12,853 nucleotides of DNA from Candidatus Methylomirabilia bacterium. GTDB taxonomy: Bacteria > Methylomirabilota > Methylomirabilia > Rokubacteriales > CSP1-6. The notes beneath the pieces were generated by a model. That model was not told the DNA's origin and searched no databases. It was given only the letters and a program-made list of their open reading frames with translations. Of the stretch, positions 1 to 7,301 are shown one piece after another (within the stretch, counting starts at the first letter, position 1; each line of letters begins with the position of its first letter). The position numbers and the translations under genes are program-made. Location: the NCBI GenBank assembly GCA_041497895.1, contig JBGQHJ010000136.1:1-12853 (forward strand), written 5' to 3'.

Positions 1-83
1 CGTGTCGTCACCCGGCCGGCCCCCAGGGCCTTGAGCAGCCCGGGGCGATGCAACTCCTTTTGGCTCAACGTGAAGGTCTCCAT
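1..83 (-). CDS. Putative IS1202/ISNCY-family transposase, N-terminal 27 codons only (partial)
   Basis: Manual translation gives METFTLSQKELHRPGLLKALGAGRVTT, open to the window edge. It resembles the 'SxKExxR...GRxT' segment preceding the first HTH of ISNCY/IS1202 transposases and lies just inside a TGT end. The DDE domain is not visible. Confidence 0.68.
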   Translation of the reverse strand, partial: METFTLSQKELHRPGLLKALGAGRVTT

Positions 84-90
84 AGGGGGA

Positions 91-135
91 GGACCTTTTC
101 ACGTGGCAGTTACCCCCGGACATTTTCATGTAGCA
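91..135. repeat. Two 18-bp direct repeats (putative transposase-binding sites)
   Basis: ggaccttttcacgtggca (91-108) versus ggacattttcatgtagca (118-135): 15/18 identical, 27-bp period. Confidence 0.85.
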
Positions 136-157
136 ACAGCATTCGCGGCTCCGCGCC

Positions 158-186
158 TTGACAGCCGGCGGCGCCGGGCTTACGGT
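158..186 (+). promoter_or_regulatory. Sigma70-type promoter for the aldolase gene
   Basis: TTGACA (158-163), 17-bp spacer, TACGGT (181-186, TANNNT). SD AGGAGG at 215-220 precedes the ATG at 227. Confidence 0.65.
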
Positions 187-226
187 CTCGGCCAGCGCGC
201 CCGGAATCTGAGCCAGGAGGTCGGTC

Positions 227-1123
227 ATGGCCGAGCACCCCCACATCCACGGCATCGTCCCGCCGATGACCACTCCCTTCCGTCCGGACGACACCATCGA
301 CGAGGACGCGCTGCGGGCCGAGACGCGCTACCTGATCGAGACCGCGCGGGTGCACGGACTCGCGGTCTCCGGCAGCACCGGCGAGGGCCACGCCCTCACC
401 ACCGACGAGGTGTGCGGCATCACCGCCGCGGTGGTCGACGAGGCCCGCGGGCGTGTCCCGGTCATCACCGGCATCATCACCGACAGCACCGCGTCCGGAG
501 TGGAGCGGGGCCTGGCGGTCCGCGACCTGGGCGTCGCCGCCCTGCAGGTGACCCCGGTGCACTACCTGTTCCGGCCGGACGACGACGCGATGGTGCGGCA
601 CTTCGAGACGCTGGCGCGCCGGACGGGCCTGCCGATCATCATCTACAACGTGGTGCCGTGGACCTATCTCTCGCCGCAGCTCCTGGCCCGGATCCTCGAG
701 GCGGTGCCCGGAGTGATCGGGGTCAAGCAGAGCGCGGGGGACATGAAGCTCCTCGCCGACCTGCTGCTGCTGGTGGGCGACCGGGCCCGGATCATGAGCG
801 CGGTGGACGCGCTCCTCTACCCGTCCTTCACCCTGGGCGCCCACGGGGCGATCGCCGCGATCCTCACCGCGGTGCCCGTCCTCTGCGTGCAGCTCTGGGA
901 CGCGGTGCAGGCCGGCGACCAGAAGCAGGCTCTCGCGCTCCACGAGAAGCTTCTGCCGATCTGGAACGCGATCGCCGGCGACAACCTGCCCGCCAACGTC
1001 AAGCACTGCCAGGCCCTCATGGGCCGGCCCTCCGGCGTGCCCCGCGCCCCGATGCCCGCCACCTCGGTATCGCAGGCGGACGCGATCCGGCGGGCCCTGC
1101 ACGGAGCGGCGCTGCTGCGGTAA
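227..1123 (+). CDS. Dihydrodipicolinate synthase/N-acetylneuraminate lyase family protein (DapA-like class I aldolase/dehydratase; probably not true DapA)
   Basis: Motifs GIVPPMTTPF, GSTGEG, IIIYN (catalytic Tyr) and GVKQSAGD (Schiff-base Lys). Strong SD; 298 aa. Confidence 0.93.
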   Translation: MAEHPHIHGIVPPMTTPFRPDDTIDEDALRAETRYLIETARVHGLAVSGSTGEGHALTTDEVCGITAAVVDEARGRVPVITGIITDSTASGVERGLAVRDLGVAALQVTPVHYLFRPDDDAMVRHFETLARRTGLPIIIYNVVPWTYLSPQLLARILEAVPGVIGVKQSAGDMKLLADLLLLVGDRARIMSAVDALLYPSFTLGAHGAIAAILTAVPVLCVQLWDAVQAGDQKQALALHEKLLPIWNAIAGDNLPANVKHCQALMGRPSGVPRAPMPATSVSQADAIRRALHGAALLR

Positions 1124-1168
1124 CCGAAGCTCCATCTCGCCATCCACGGATCAAGGAGGATCCAGATC

Positions 1169-2506
1169 ATGACCGATCTCGGCCGAAAATCCATGACCCG
1201 CCGTACCTTCGTGAAGACCGCGGCCGCCGGCGCCGCCGCGGTGGGGGGCATCGAGGGCATCCTGGCCGCGCGCCGCGCGCCCGCCTCCGCGCAGGGGACG
1301 AAGCTGCACTGGGTCCGCTGGGTGGACTTCATCCCGGAGTCCGACGTCGAGCTGAAGCGGCAGATGCCGGAGGCCTCGAAGGCCCTCGGGGCCGAGGTGG
1401 TGCTCGAGACCATCAATGCCAACGACCTCCAGCCGCGCATCACCGCCGCCATCCAGTCGGGCGCGGGCCCGGACATCTTCCTCTTCCAGTACAACTGGGC
1501 CCAGCTCTACGCCAACGCGGTGGTGGACGTGAGCGACGTGGCGGGCGAGCTCGCGAAGGCCGAAGGCGGCTTCTACGACGTCTTCGAGCCCGCGTCCCAC
1601 GTGGGCGGCAAGTGGCTGGCGGTGCCCCACTCGATCCTCGGCAACGCGGTGTCCTACCGGAAGTCCTGGCTCAAGGAGGTGGGCGCCGCCCAGTACCCCA
1701 AGACCTGGGAAGAGGCCCACAAGGTCTTCACCACGCTCAAGAAGAAGGGCAAGCCCTACGGGCAGACCCTCGGCCACACCTTCGGCGACGCCCCCACCTT
1801 CACCTACACCCTGCTGTGGGCCTTCGGCGCGGCGGAGACCGACAAGACCGGCAAGAAGGTGGTGATCAACAGCAAGGGGGCGGTGGAGTCGGTGAAGTTC
1901 ATGCAGAGCTTCTGGAAGGACTGCTGCGACGAGGGCGGGCTCGCGTGGGACGACACCAACAACAACCGCGCGTTCCACGCCAGCGAGCTCTCGGCCACCC
2001 TGAACGGGGCCTCGATCTACATCGTGGCCAAGCGCCAGAAGGACAAGATCAAGGACGACAAGGGCGAGCCGATGTGGACCGACATCGACCACGCCCCGCT
2101 CCCGGCCGGCCCCGCCGGCGCCTTCCTGCTGTTCCTGAACCACCAGGACGCGATCATGAAGTACAGCAAGAACCAGAAGCTGGCCAAGGACTTCCTCCGC
2201 TGGGTCCACAAGCCGGAGAACTACGGCAAGTGGTTCACCAGCCAGGAAGGCTACAGCGTGGGCGCGACCAAGAAGTGGGAGAATGACCCGATGTGGGGCA
2301 AGCTCGACGAGCCGCTCAAGATGTTCCGCACCGCGGCCCGTAACACGCGCGTGTTCGGCCACGCCGGCCCGTCGACCGCGAAGGCCACCGAGGCCTTCTC
2401 CAAGTACATCGTCACCGACATGTACGCCAAGGGCGTCCAGGGTATGAAGGCGGAGGACGCGGTGCACTGGGCCGAGACCGAGCTCAAGAAGATCTACGAG
2501 GCCTGA
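1169..2506 (+). CDS. Extracellular solute-binding protein (carbohydrate ABC/CUT1 type) with Tat signal peptide
   Basis: Twin-arginine TRRTFVK plus hydrophobic stretch and ASA-Q cleavage site. AAIQSGAGPDI, PKTWEE and WDDTNNNRAF segments are typical of family 1 binding proteins. SD AAGGAGG at 1153-1159. Confidence 0.9.
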   Translation: MTDLGRKSMTRRTFVKTAAAGAAAVGGIEGILAARRAPASAQGTKLHWVRWVDFIPESDVELKRQMPEASKALGAEVVLETINANDLQPRITAAIQSGAGPDIFLFQYNWAQLYANAVVDVSDVAGELAKAEGGFYDVFEPASHVGGKWLAVPHSILGNAVSYRKSWLKEVGAAQYPKTWEEAHKVFTTLKKKGKPYGQTLGHTFGDAPTFTYTLLWAFGAAETDKTGKKVVINSKGAVESVKFMQSFWKDCCDEGGLAWDDTNNNRAFHASELSATLNGASIYIVAKRQKDKIKDDKGEPMWTDIDHAPLPAGPAGAFLLFLNHQDAIMKYSKNQKLAKDFLRWVHKPENYGKWFTSQEGYSVGATKKWENDPMWGKLDEPLKMFRTAARNTRVFGHAGPSTAKATEAFSKYIVTDMYAKGVQGMKAEDAVHWAETELKKIYEA

Positions 2507-2518
2507 AGCGGCACGGCG

Positions 2519-2546
2519 GGCGGGCCCTTGACAACCGGGGCCCGCC
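2519..2546. repeat. Perfect 9-bp inverted repeat with a 10-nt loop containing TTGACA
   Basis: ggcgggccc (2519-2527), loop ttgacaaccg, gggcccgcc (2538-2546). No U-tract follows. Confidence 0.8.
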
Positions 2547-2556
2547 AGTCTGTAAT
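2528..2556 (+). promoter_or_regulatory. Sigma70-type promoter for the Liv-type ABC operon
   Basis: TTGACA (2528-2533), 17-bp spacer, TGTAAT (2551-2556). SD GGGAGG at 2591-2596. The -10 lacks the usual -11 A. Confidence 0.55.
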
Positions 2557-2602
2557 GCCGCGCACGCTCCGATCCTGACCGTCGACGCTTGGGAGGACGC
2601 CC

Positions 2603-3928
2603 ATGTTCTTGCGCCGATCCACCGTATGGATTCTCCTCGTGTCCGGGCTGGTGGCCGCGCTCCTGACCGGCGCGTCGCCGCTCCGCGACGCCCACGCCCA
2701 GGCCAAGAAGCTCAAGATCGGAGTGGTCTTCGACTACACCGGGCCCCTCGCGGGGGGCGGCTCGGACCTGCACGCCCTCGGGGCCAAGATCATGATCGAC
2801 CACTTCGCCAAGAAGGGCGGGGTGGAGGGATACCAGATCGAGGCGGTCTACGCGGACGCGCAGAGCAAGCCGGAGATCGCGATCAACGAGGCGATCCGGC
2901 TGATCGAGCAGGAGAAGGTCGACATGCTGCTCGGCTTCTACTCCTCGGCGCAGTGCGTGCCCGCGGCGGCCCGCGTCGAGCAGCTTCACAAGTTCATGTG
3001 GATCACCACCTGTATCTCCTCCGCGGTGCTCGAGAACCGTAACCTCAAGTACGTGTTCCGGGTCCAGCCGAGCGGACGGCAGTTCGGCCTCATGTCCACC
3101 GACTTCGTGGCCCAGAACGCGCAAGCCAAGCTCGGGAAGGACCCCAAGGGCCTGCGGGTCGCGATCATCCACGAGGACGGCGCCTACGGGGTCGACGTCT
3201 CCAAGGGCAACGAGGAGGGGGCCAAGAAGGCGGGCTTCAACGTGGTCCTGAAGGAGGGCTACTCGGCCACCGCGCCCGACCTGGCCCCGCTCGTGACCAA
3301 GCTCAAGCGCGCCCGGCCGGACGTCATCTTCCATACCGGCTACAACCCGGACATCTCGCTCTTCCTGCGCCAGGCCCGCGAGCTCGGGCTGCGGTTCAAC
3401 GCGCTGATCGGCCACGGCGCCGGCTACGGCGTCTACGACAAGCTGAAGGAAGCGCTCGGCAAGGACGTCAACTACTTCTACAACGTCGATCCGATCTCGA
3501 TCTGGCTCGCCAACGACAAGGCCCTCAAGCCCGAGCTGCTGCCCCTCATCAAGATGGTGGGCGAGGAGTACGAGAAGGCCCGGCCGGGCACCACGGTCCG
3601 GTCGGCCCACGTGGGGATGGCGGCCAGCAACACCTACGTGTTCATGACCGAGGTGCTGCCGCGGGCCATCAAGAAGTACGGCGGGATCGACGCCGACTCG
3701 CTCCGCAAGGCCGCGCTCGAGGTGAACCTGCCGGAGGGCGGCACGATGCTGGGGTTCGGGGTCAAGTTCGCGGGGGAGGGCTCGGCGATGGCCGGGCAGA
3801 ACGAGCGGGCCTTCCCGGTGATCGTGCAGTACGTGGACGACAAGCCCTACGTGGTGTGGCCCAAGAGCCTGCAGCTGCGGGAGCCGGTGCTGAAGCTGCC
3901 GTCCTCGTCGCCGTACGCGGCGGAGTGA
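2603..3928 (+). CDS. ABC transporter substrate-binding protein, LivK/LivJ-like (HAAT family)
   Basis: Sec signal ending AHA-Q; motifs KIGVVFDYTGPLA, ADAQSKP, YVFRVQP and KLKRARPDVI. Directly followed by LivG/F/H/M-like genes. Confidence 0.92.
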   Translation: MFLRRSTVWILLVSGLVAALLTGASPLRDAHAQAKKLKIGVVFDYTGPLAGGGSDLHALGAKIMIDHFAKKGGVEGYQIEAVYADAQSKPEIAINEAIRLIEQEKVDMLLGFYSSAQCVPAAARVEQLHKFMWITTCISSAVLENRNLKYVFRVQPSGRQFGLMSTDFVAQNAQAKLGKDPKGLRVAIIHEDGAYGVDVSKGNEEGAKKAGFNVVLKEGYSATAPDLAPLVTKLKRARPDVIFHTGYNPDISLFLRQARELGLRFNALIGHGAGYGVYDKLKEALGKDVNYFYNVDPISIWLANDKALKPELLPLIKMVGEEYEKARPGTTVRSAHVGMAASNTYVFMTEVLPRAIKKYGGIDADSLRKAALEVNLPEGGTMLGFGVKFAGEGSAMAGQNERAFPVIVQYVDDKPYVVWPKSLQLREPVLKLPSSSPYAAE

Positions 3929-3949
3929 CGCGGGGCCGCGGCCGCGCGT
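3928..3949. other. GC-rich palindrome/stem-loop after the binding-protein gene
   Basis: acgcg-g-ggcc-gc-ggcc-g-cgcgt: a 22-nt palindrome with one G/G mismatch pair, at the position where ABC operons often carry mRNA-stabilising stems. Confidence 0.45.
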
Positions 3950-3958
3950 GACCGCGCC

Positions 3959-4711
3959 GTGCTGACCGTCGAGGGGCTGTCCAAGCGCTTCGGCGGCTTC
4001 ACCGCCGTGAACCAGGTGTCGTTCACGGTCGAGCGGGGCGAGATCGTCGGGCTGATCGGCCCCAACGGCTCCGGCAAGAGCACGATCTTCAACCTGCTCT
4101 CGGGCGCGCTCACCCCCAACGCGGGCTCCATCCGCTTCGAGGGGCGCGAGATCACCGGGCAGCCGCCGCACCGGATCATCAACCTGGGCATCGGCCGCAC
4201 CTTCCAGATCCCGCGTCCGTTCCGCCGTCTCTCGCTGCTCGAGAACGTGGCCCTCGCCGGCTTCTTCGGCCAGGGGAGCGCGTCGCGGCGCCGGGCCTTC
4301 GAGGCCGCCGAGCGGGCGCTGGGCCTGGTGGGCCTGCCCGCCGACCCCGGGGCATCCGTGGACGGCCTCGGGGCCGCCGCGCTCAAGAAGCTCGAGCTGG
4401 CCAAGGCCCTCGCCACCGACCCCAAGCTGCTCCTGGCCGACGAGAGCCTGAGCGGGCTCGACGAGCAGGAGATGGACCAGGCCGCGCTGATGCTGCGCCG
4501 CATCTGCACCGACCTCGGCATCACGATCATCTGGGTCGAGCACATCATGGGCGTGCTGATGCGGGTGGTGGACCGCGTGATGGTCCTGGACCACGGCGAG
4601 AAGATCGCGGAAGGGCTGCCCGCGGCCGTCGCGGCCGATCCCCGCGTGATCGAGGTCTACCTCGGGACGCAGTCGGGCGCGGCCCGCGCGGTCGCGACCG
4701 CCCGGGCCTGA
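3959..4711 (+). CDS. ABC transporter ATP-binding protein, LivG-like
   Basis: Walker A GPNGSGKS, Q-loop GRTFQ, Walker B LLLADE, H-loop VEH and C-terminal DPRVIEVYLG. GTG start. Confidence 0.93.
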   Translation: MLTVEGLSKRFGGFTAVNQVSFTVERGEIVGLIGPNGSGKSTIFNLLSGALTPNAGSIRFEGREITGQPPHRIINLGIGRTFQIPRPFRRLSLLENVALAGFFGQGSASRRRAFEAAERALGLVGLPADPGASVDGLGAAALKKLELAKALATDPKLLLADESLSGLDEQEMDQAALMLRRICTDLGITIIWVEHIMGVLMRVVDRVMVLDHGEKIAEGLPAAVAADPRVIEVYLGTQSGAARAVATARA

Positions 4712-4715
4712 TCCG

Positions 4716-5420
4716 GTGCTGGCGCTCCGCTCGGTCCGGGCCGGCTACGGCTCGTTTCAGGCCCTCTTCGACGTCTCGCTCGACGTCCGCCCGGGCGAGG
4801 CGGTGGCGGTCATCGGCCCGAACGGGGCGGGCAAGACCACGCTCATGCGGGTGATCTCCGGGCTGATCCGGCCGACCGCGGGCTCGGTCGCGATGGAGGG
4901 GACGGATCTCCTCGCCACCGCCGGGCACCGCATCGTGGCCCTGGGCATCGCGCACGTGCCGGAGAGCCGCCGCCTCTTCCCGCGCATGACGGTGGAGGAC
5001 AATCTCAAGATGGGCGGCTTCCTCCCGGCGGCCCGGCCCAAGTACCGGGAGCGCCTCGAGTTCGTCTTCGAGCTGTTCCCGCGCCTGCGCGAGCGCCGCC
5101 GGCAGCTCGCGGGCACCATGTCGGGGGGCGAGCAGCAGATGTGCGCGATCGGCCGCGCGCTGATGTCGGACCCCAAGCTGCTGCTGCTCGACGAGCCCTC
5201 CGCGGGCCTGGCCCCGGTGATCGTGGAGCAGGTCTTCGAGCTGGTGAAGCGCATCCGCGCCGGCGGGATCAACGTCCTGATCGTCGAGCAGAACGTACAG
5301 CAGGTGCTCCGGGTGGTCGACCGCGCCTATCTCCTCAAGGCGGGGAGCATCCGCGCCGCGGGTACCGCGGCCGAGTTGCTCGCCACCGAGACCCTCCGCG
5401 AGGCCTACCTGGGCGTCTGA
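4716..5420 (+). CDS. ABC transporter ATP-binding protein, LivF-like
   Basis: GPNGAGKT, HVPESRRLFPRMTVEDNL, signature MSGGEQQM, LLLDEPSAGLAP, VEQN and EAYLG. Confidence 0.95.
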   Translation: MLALRSVRAGYGSFQALFDVSLDVRPGEAVAVIGPNGAGKTTLMRVISGLIRPTAGSVAMEGTDLLATAGHRIVALGIAHVPESRRLFPRMTVEDNLKMGGFLPAARPKYRERLEFVFELFPRLRERRRQLAGTMSGGEQQMCAIGRALMSDPKLLLLDEPSAGLAPVIVEQVFELVKRIRAGGINVLIVEQNVQQVLRVVDRAYLLKAGSIRAAGTAAELLATETLREAYLGV

Positions 5421-5422
5421 CC

Positions 5423-6292
5423 GTGCCGATCCTCGACGTCTACCTGCTGGAGGCCCTGATCAACGGCGTGCTGCTGGGCGGCGTGCTCGCCCTCATCTCG
5501 CTCGGCCTCAACCTCGTGTTCGGGGTCATCGACGTGGTGTGGATCTGCTACGCCGAGCTGATCATGTTCGGCATGTACGGCATGTACTTTCTCTACACCG
5601 TCTACCACTGGCCGATCCTCGCGGCGGCCGCGCTCTGCATCCTGGGGATCGGCGCGCTCGGGGTGCTGCTCCACGTGATCGTGATCGCGCCGCTGCTGGG
5701 CGCGGCCCCGATCAACCAGCTCCTGGCCACCGGGGGCGTGCTCTTCTTCCTGCAGTCGGCCGCCACCGTGATGTTCGGCATCGAGTTCCGTAACCTGGGC
5801 CTGCGTCTGCCGGTGCTGAAGGCGGCCGGCATGTTCATCAGCTACTCGCGCCTGCTCGCCTTCGGGGCGGCCCTGGTCGGCATGATCGCGGTCTACCTGT
5901 TCCTCCGGCGCACCTACACCGGCACCGCGATCCGGGCGATCGCCCAGGATCGGCAGATCATGATGCTCATGGGGGTGGACAGCCGCCGGATCTACGTGGT
6001 GACCTCCGCGGTGGGGGGCGCGCTCGCCGGGCTGGCCTCGTGCCTGCTGGTGCTGCTCTACGACGTGCATCCGTTCGTGGGGCTGACCTTCGGCCCCATC
6101 ACCTTCCTCATCTGCGTGCTGGGCGGGCTCGGCAACTTCGTGGGCGGGGCGGTGGCCGCGTTCGTGTTCGCGGAGCTGATCTCGCTCGGTGGCCTCTACC
6201 TCGACCTCGAGTGGGGCTACGTGTTCGCGTTCGTGTTCTTCATCGTGATGATGTTCGTGCGTCCCGAGGGCCTGATGGCCCGCCGGTCGTGA
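5423..6292 (+). CDS. Branched-chain amino acid-type ABC permease, LivH-like
   Basis: Start placed at GTG 5423, two nt after the LivF-like stop, rather than the track's 5141. Motifs NGVLLGGVLALISLGLNLVFGV, TYTGTAIRAIAQD, VLGGLGN and VRPEGL; 289 aa, hydrophobic. Confidence 0.92.
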   Translation: MPILDVYLLEALINGVLLGGVLALISLGLNLVFGVIDVVWICYAELIMFGMYGMYFLYTVYHWPILAAAALCILGIGALGVLLHVIVIAPLLGAAPINQLLATGGVLFFLQSAATVMFGIEFRNLGLRLPVLKAAGMFISYSRLLAFGAALVGMIAVYLFLRRTYTGTAIRAIAQDRQIMMLMGVDSRRIYVVTSAVGGALAGLASCLLVLLYDVHPFVGLTFGPITFLICVLGGLGNFVGGAVAAFVFAELISLGGLYLDLEWGYVFAFVFFIVMMFVRPEGLMARRS

Positions 6293-6308
6293 GCCGCCCC
6301 CGTTCCCG

Positions 6309-7301
6309 ATGAAGCGCGCCCTGACCGTCCTCGCCGGCGCGGGCCTGGTGGCCCTGCCGTTCGTCTATCACCAGCCCTATCCGCTCCACATCCTGATCGT
6401 GATCCTGATCTGGTCGTTCGCGTACACCTCGTGGTCGATGATGGGGCGCTTCGGCCTGGTCTCTCTGGGCCACGGCGGGTTCATGGGGATCGGAGCCTAC
6501 GTGACCGCGCTCGCCTGGAACCACGGCGGGGTGAGCCCGTGGATCGGGATCCCGGCGGCCCTGATCGCGGGCGGCGTCCTGGCGGTGCTGGTGGCCTACC
6601 CGTGCTTCCGCTTCCGCATCACCGGCCACTACTTCGCGCTGGTCACCCTCGCGCTCTCCGGCATCGTGCTCCAGGTCATCACCGCCACCCGCGACCACAC
6701 CGGTGGCTCGCTCGGCTACACCCCGACGCGCTACCAGGGCGGTAGCTCGCTCTACGCGCTGCAGTTCACCGGCAAGACCACCTGGTACCTGATCGCGCTC
6801 GGGGTGTGGGCGACCGGTCTCTACGTCTGGCATCGGGTGGACCGGAGCATGACCCGCTACGCCCTCGAGGCGATCTCGGAGGACGAGGACGGCGCGGCGG
6901 CGGCCGGGGTGCACGTGACCGCGGAGAAGCTCAAGATCACGGTGCTGAGCGCGGCGATGACCGCGCTCGCGGGCGCGCTCTACTGCCAGTACCAGATGTT
7001 CATCTCCCCGGACACGGTGAGCGGGATCTCGATCTCGCTCCAGATGGTGTTCGCGGTGGTGGTGGGCGGCATCTACGTCTCGCTCGGCCCGACGGTGGGG
7101 GCGGTGATCACGATTCTGCTCGCGGAGGTGCTCCGCATCTCCTTCGGCACCCGCGCGGTGGGCTGGGACAACCTGGTCTACGGGGTGCTGCTCGTGCTGT
7201 TCATCGTGTTCCTCCCCAAGGGCATCCTGGGGAGCCTGCTCGACCTGCGCCGCCGCGCGGCGCCGGCCGCCCCGCCTCGCGCGCAGGCCGGGGCCGCCTG
7301 A
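6309..7301 (+). CDS. Branched-chain amino acid-type ABC permease, LivM-like
   Basis: Motifs GLVSLGHGGFMGIGAY, GHYFALVTLA, AISEDEDGAAAAGV, VVGG...GPTVGA and FLPKGILG. Confidence 0.93.
   Translation: MKRALTVLAGAGLVALPFVYHQPYPLHILIVILIWSFAYTSWSMMGRFGLVSLGHGGFMGIGAYVTALAWNHGGVSPWIGIPAALIAGGVLAVLVAYPCFRFRITGHYFALVTLALSGIVLQVITATRDHTGGSLGYTPTRYQGGSSLYALQFTGKTTWYLIALGVWATGLYVWHRVDRSMTRYALEAISEDEDGAAAAGVHVTAEKLKITVLSAAMTALAGALYCQYQMFISPDTVSGISISLQMVFAVVVGGIYVSLGPTVGAVITILLAEVLRISFGTRAVGWDNLVYGVLLVLFIVFLPKGILGSLLDLRRRAAPAAPPRAQAGAA

Larger units (their letters stand above)
1..138 (-). mobile_element. Left end of an IS1202-family (ISNCY-type) insertion sequence, continuing beyond the window's left edge
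   Basis: On the - strand the element starts TGTTGCTACATGAAAATGTCC (terminal TGT at 138-136). A second copy of the motif, TGCCACGTGAAAAGGTCC, lies 27 bp further in, followed by an ATG opening a transposase-like N-terminus. TGT ends with repeated subterminal transposase-binding sites are typical of IS1202/IS481/Tn7-like elements. Confidence 0.75.

Noticed and set aside
95..110. TTTCACGTG as a parS site
   Set aside because: Only a partial match to TGTTTCACGTGAAACA, and explained as part of the IS end repeat.
1148..1163. ggatc/gatcc hairpin around the SD of the binding-protein gene
   Set aside because: Only 5 bp with the SD mostly in the loop, so it is not distinguishable from chance.
31..2286. 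751-aa + strand ORF
   Set aside because: An Arg/Gly/Pro-rich off-frame shadow of the aldolase and binding-protein genes, with no motifs.
1151..4594. 1147-aa - strand ORF and other long antisense ORFs (110-1147, 6240-7607, 8338-9150, 11112-12434)
   Set aside because: Antisense open frames are expected from GC3-biased codon usage of well-supported genes on the other strand.
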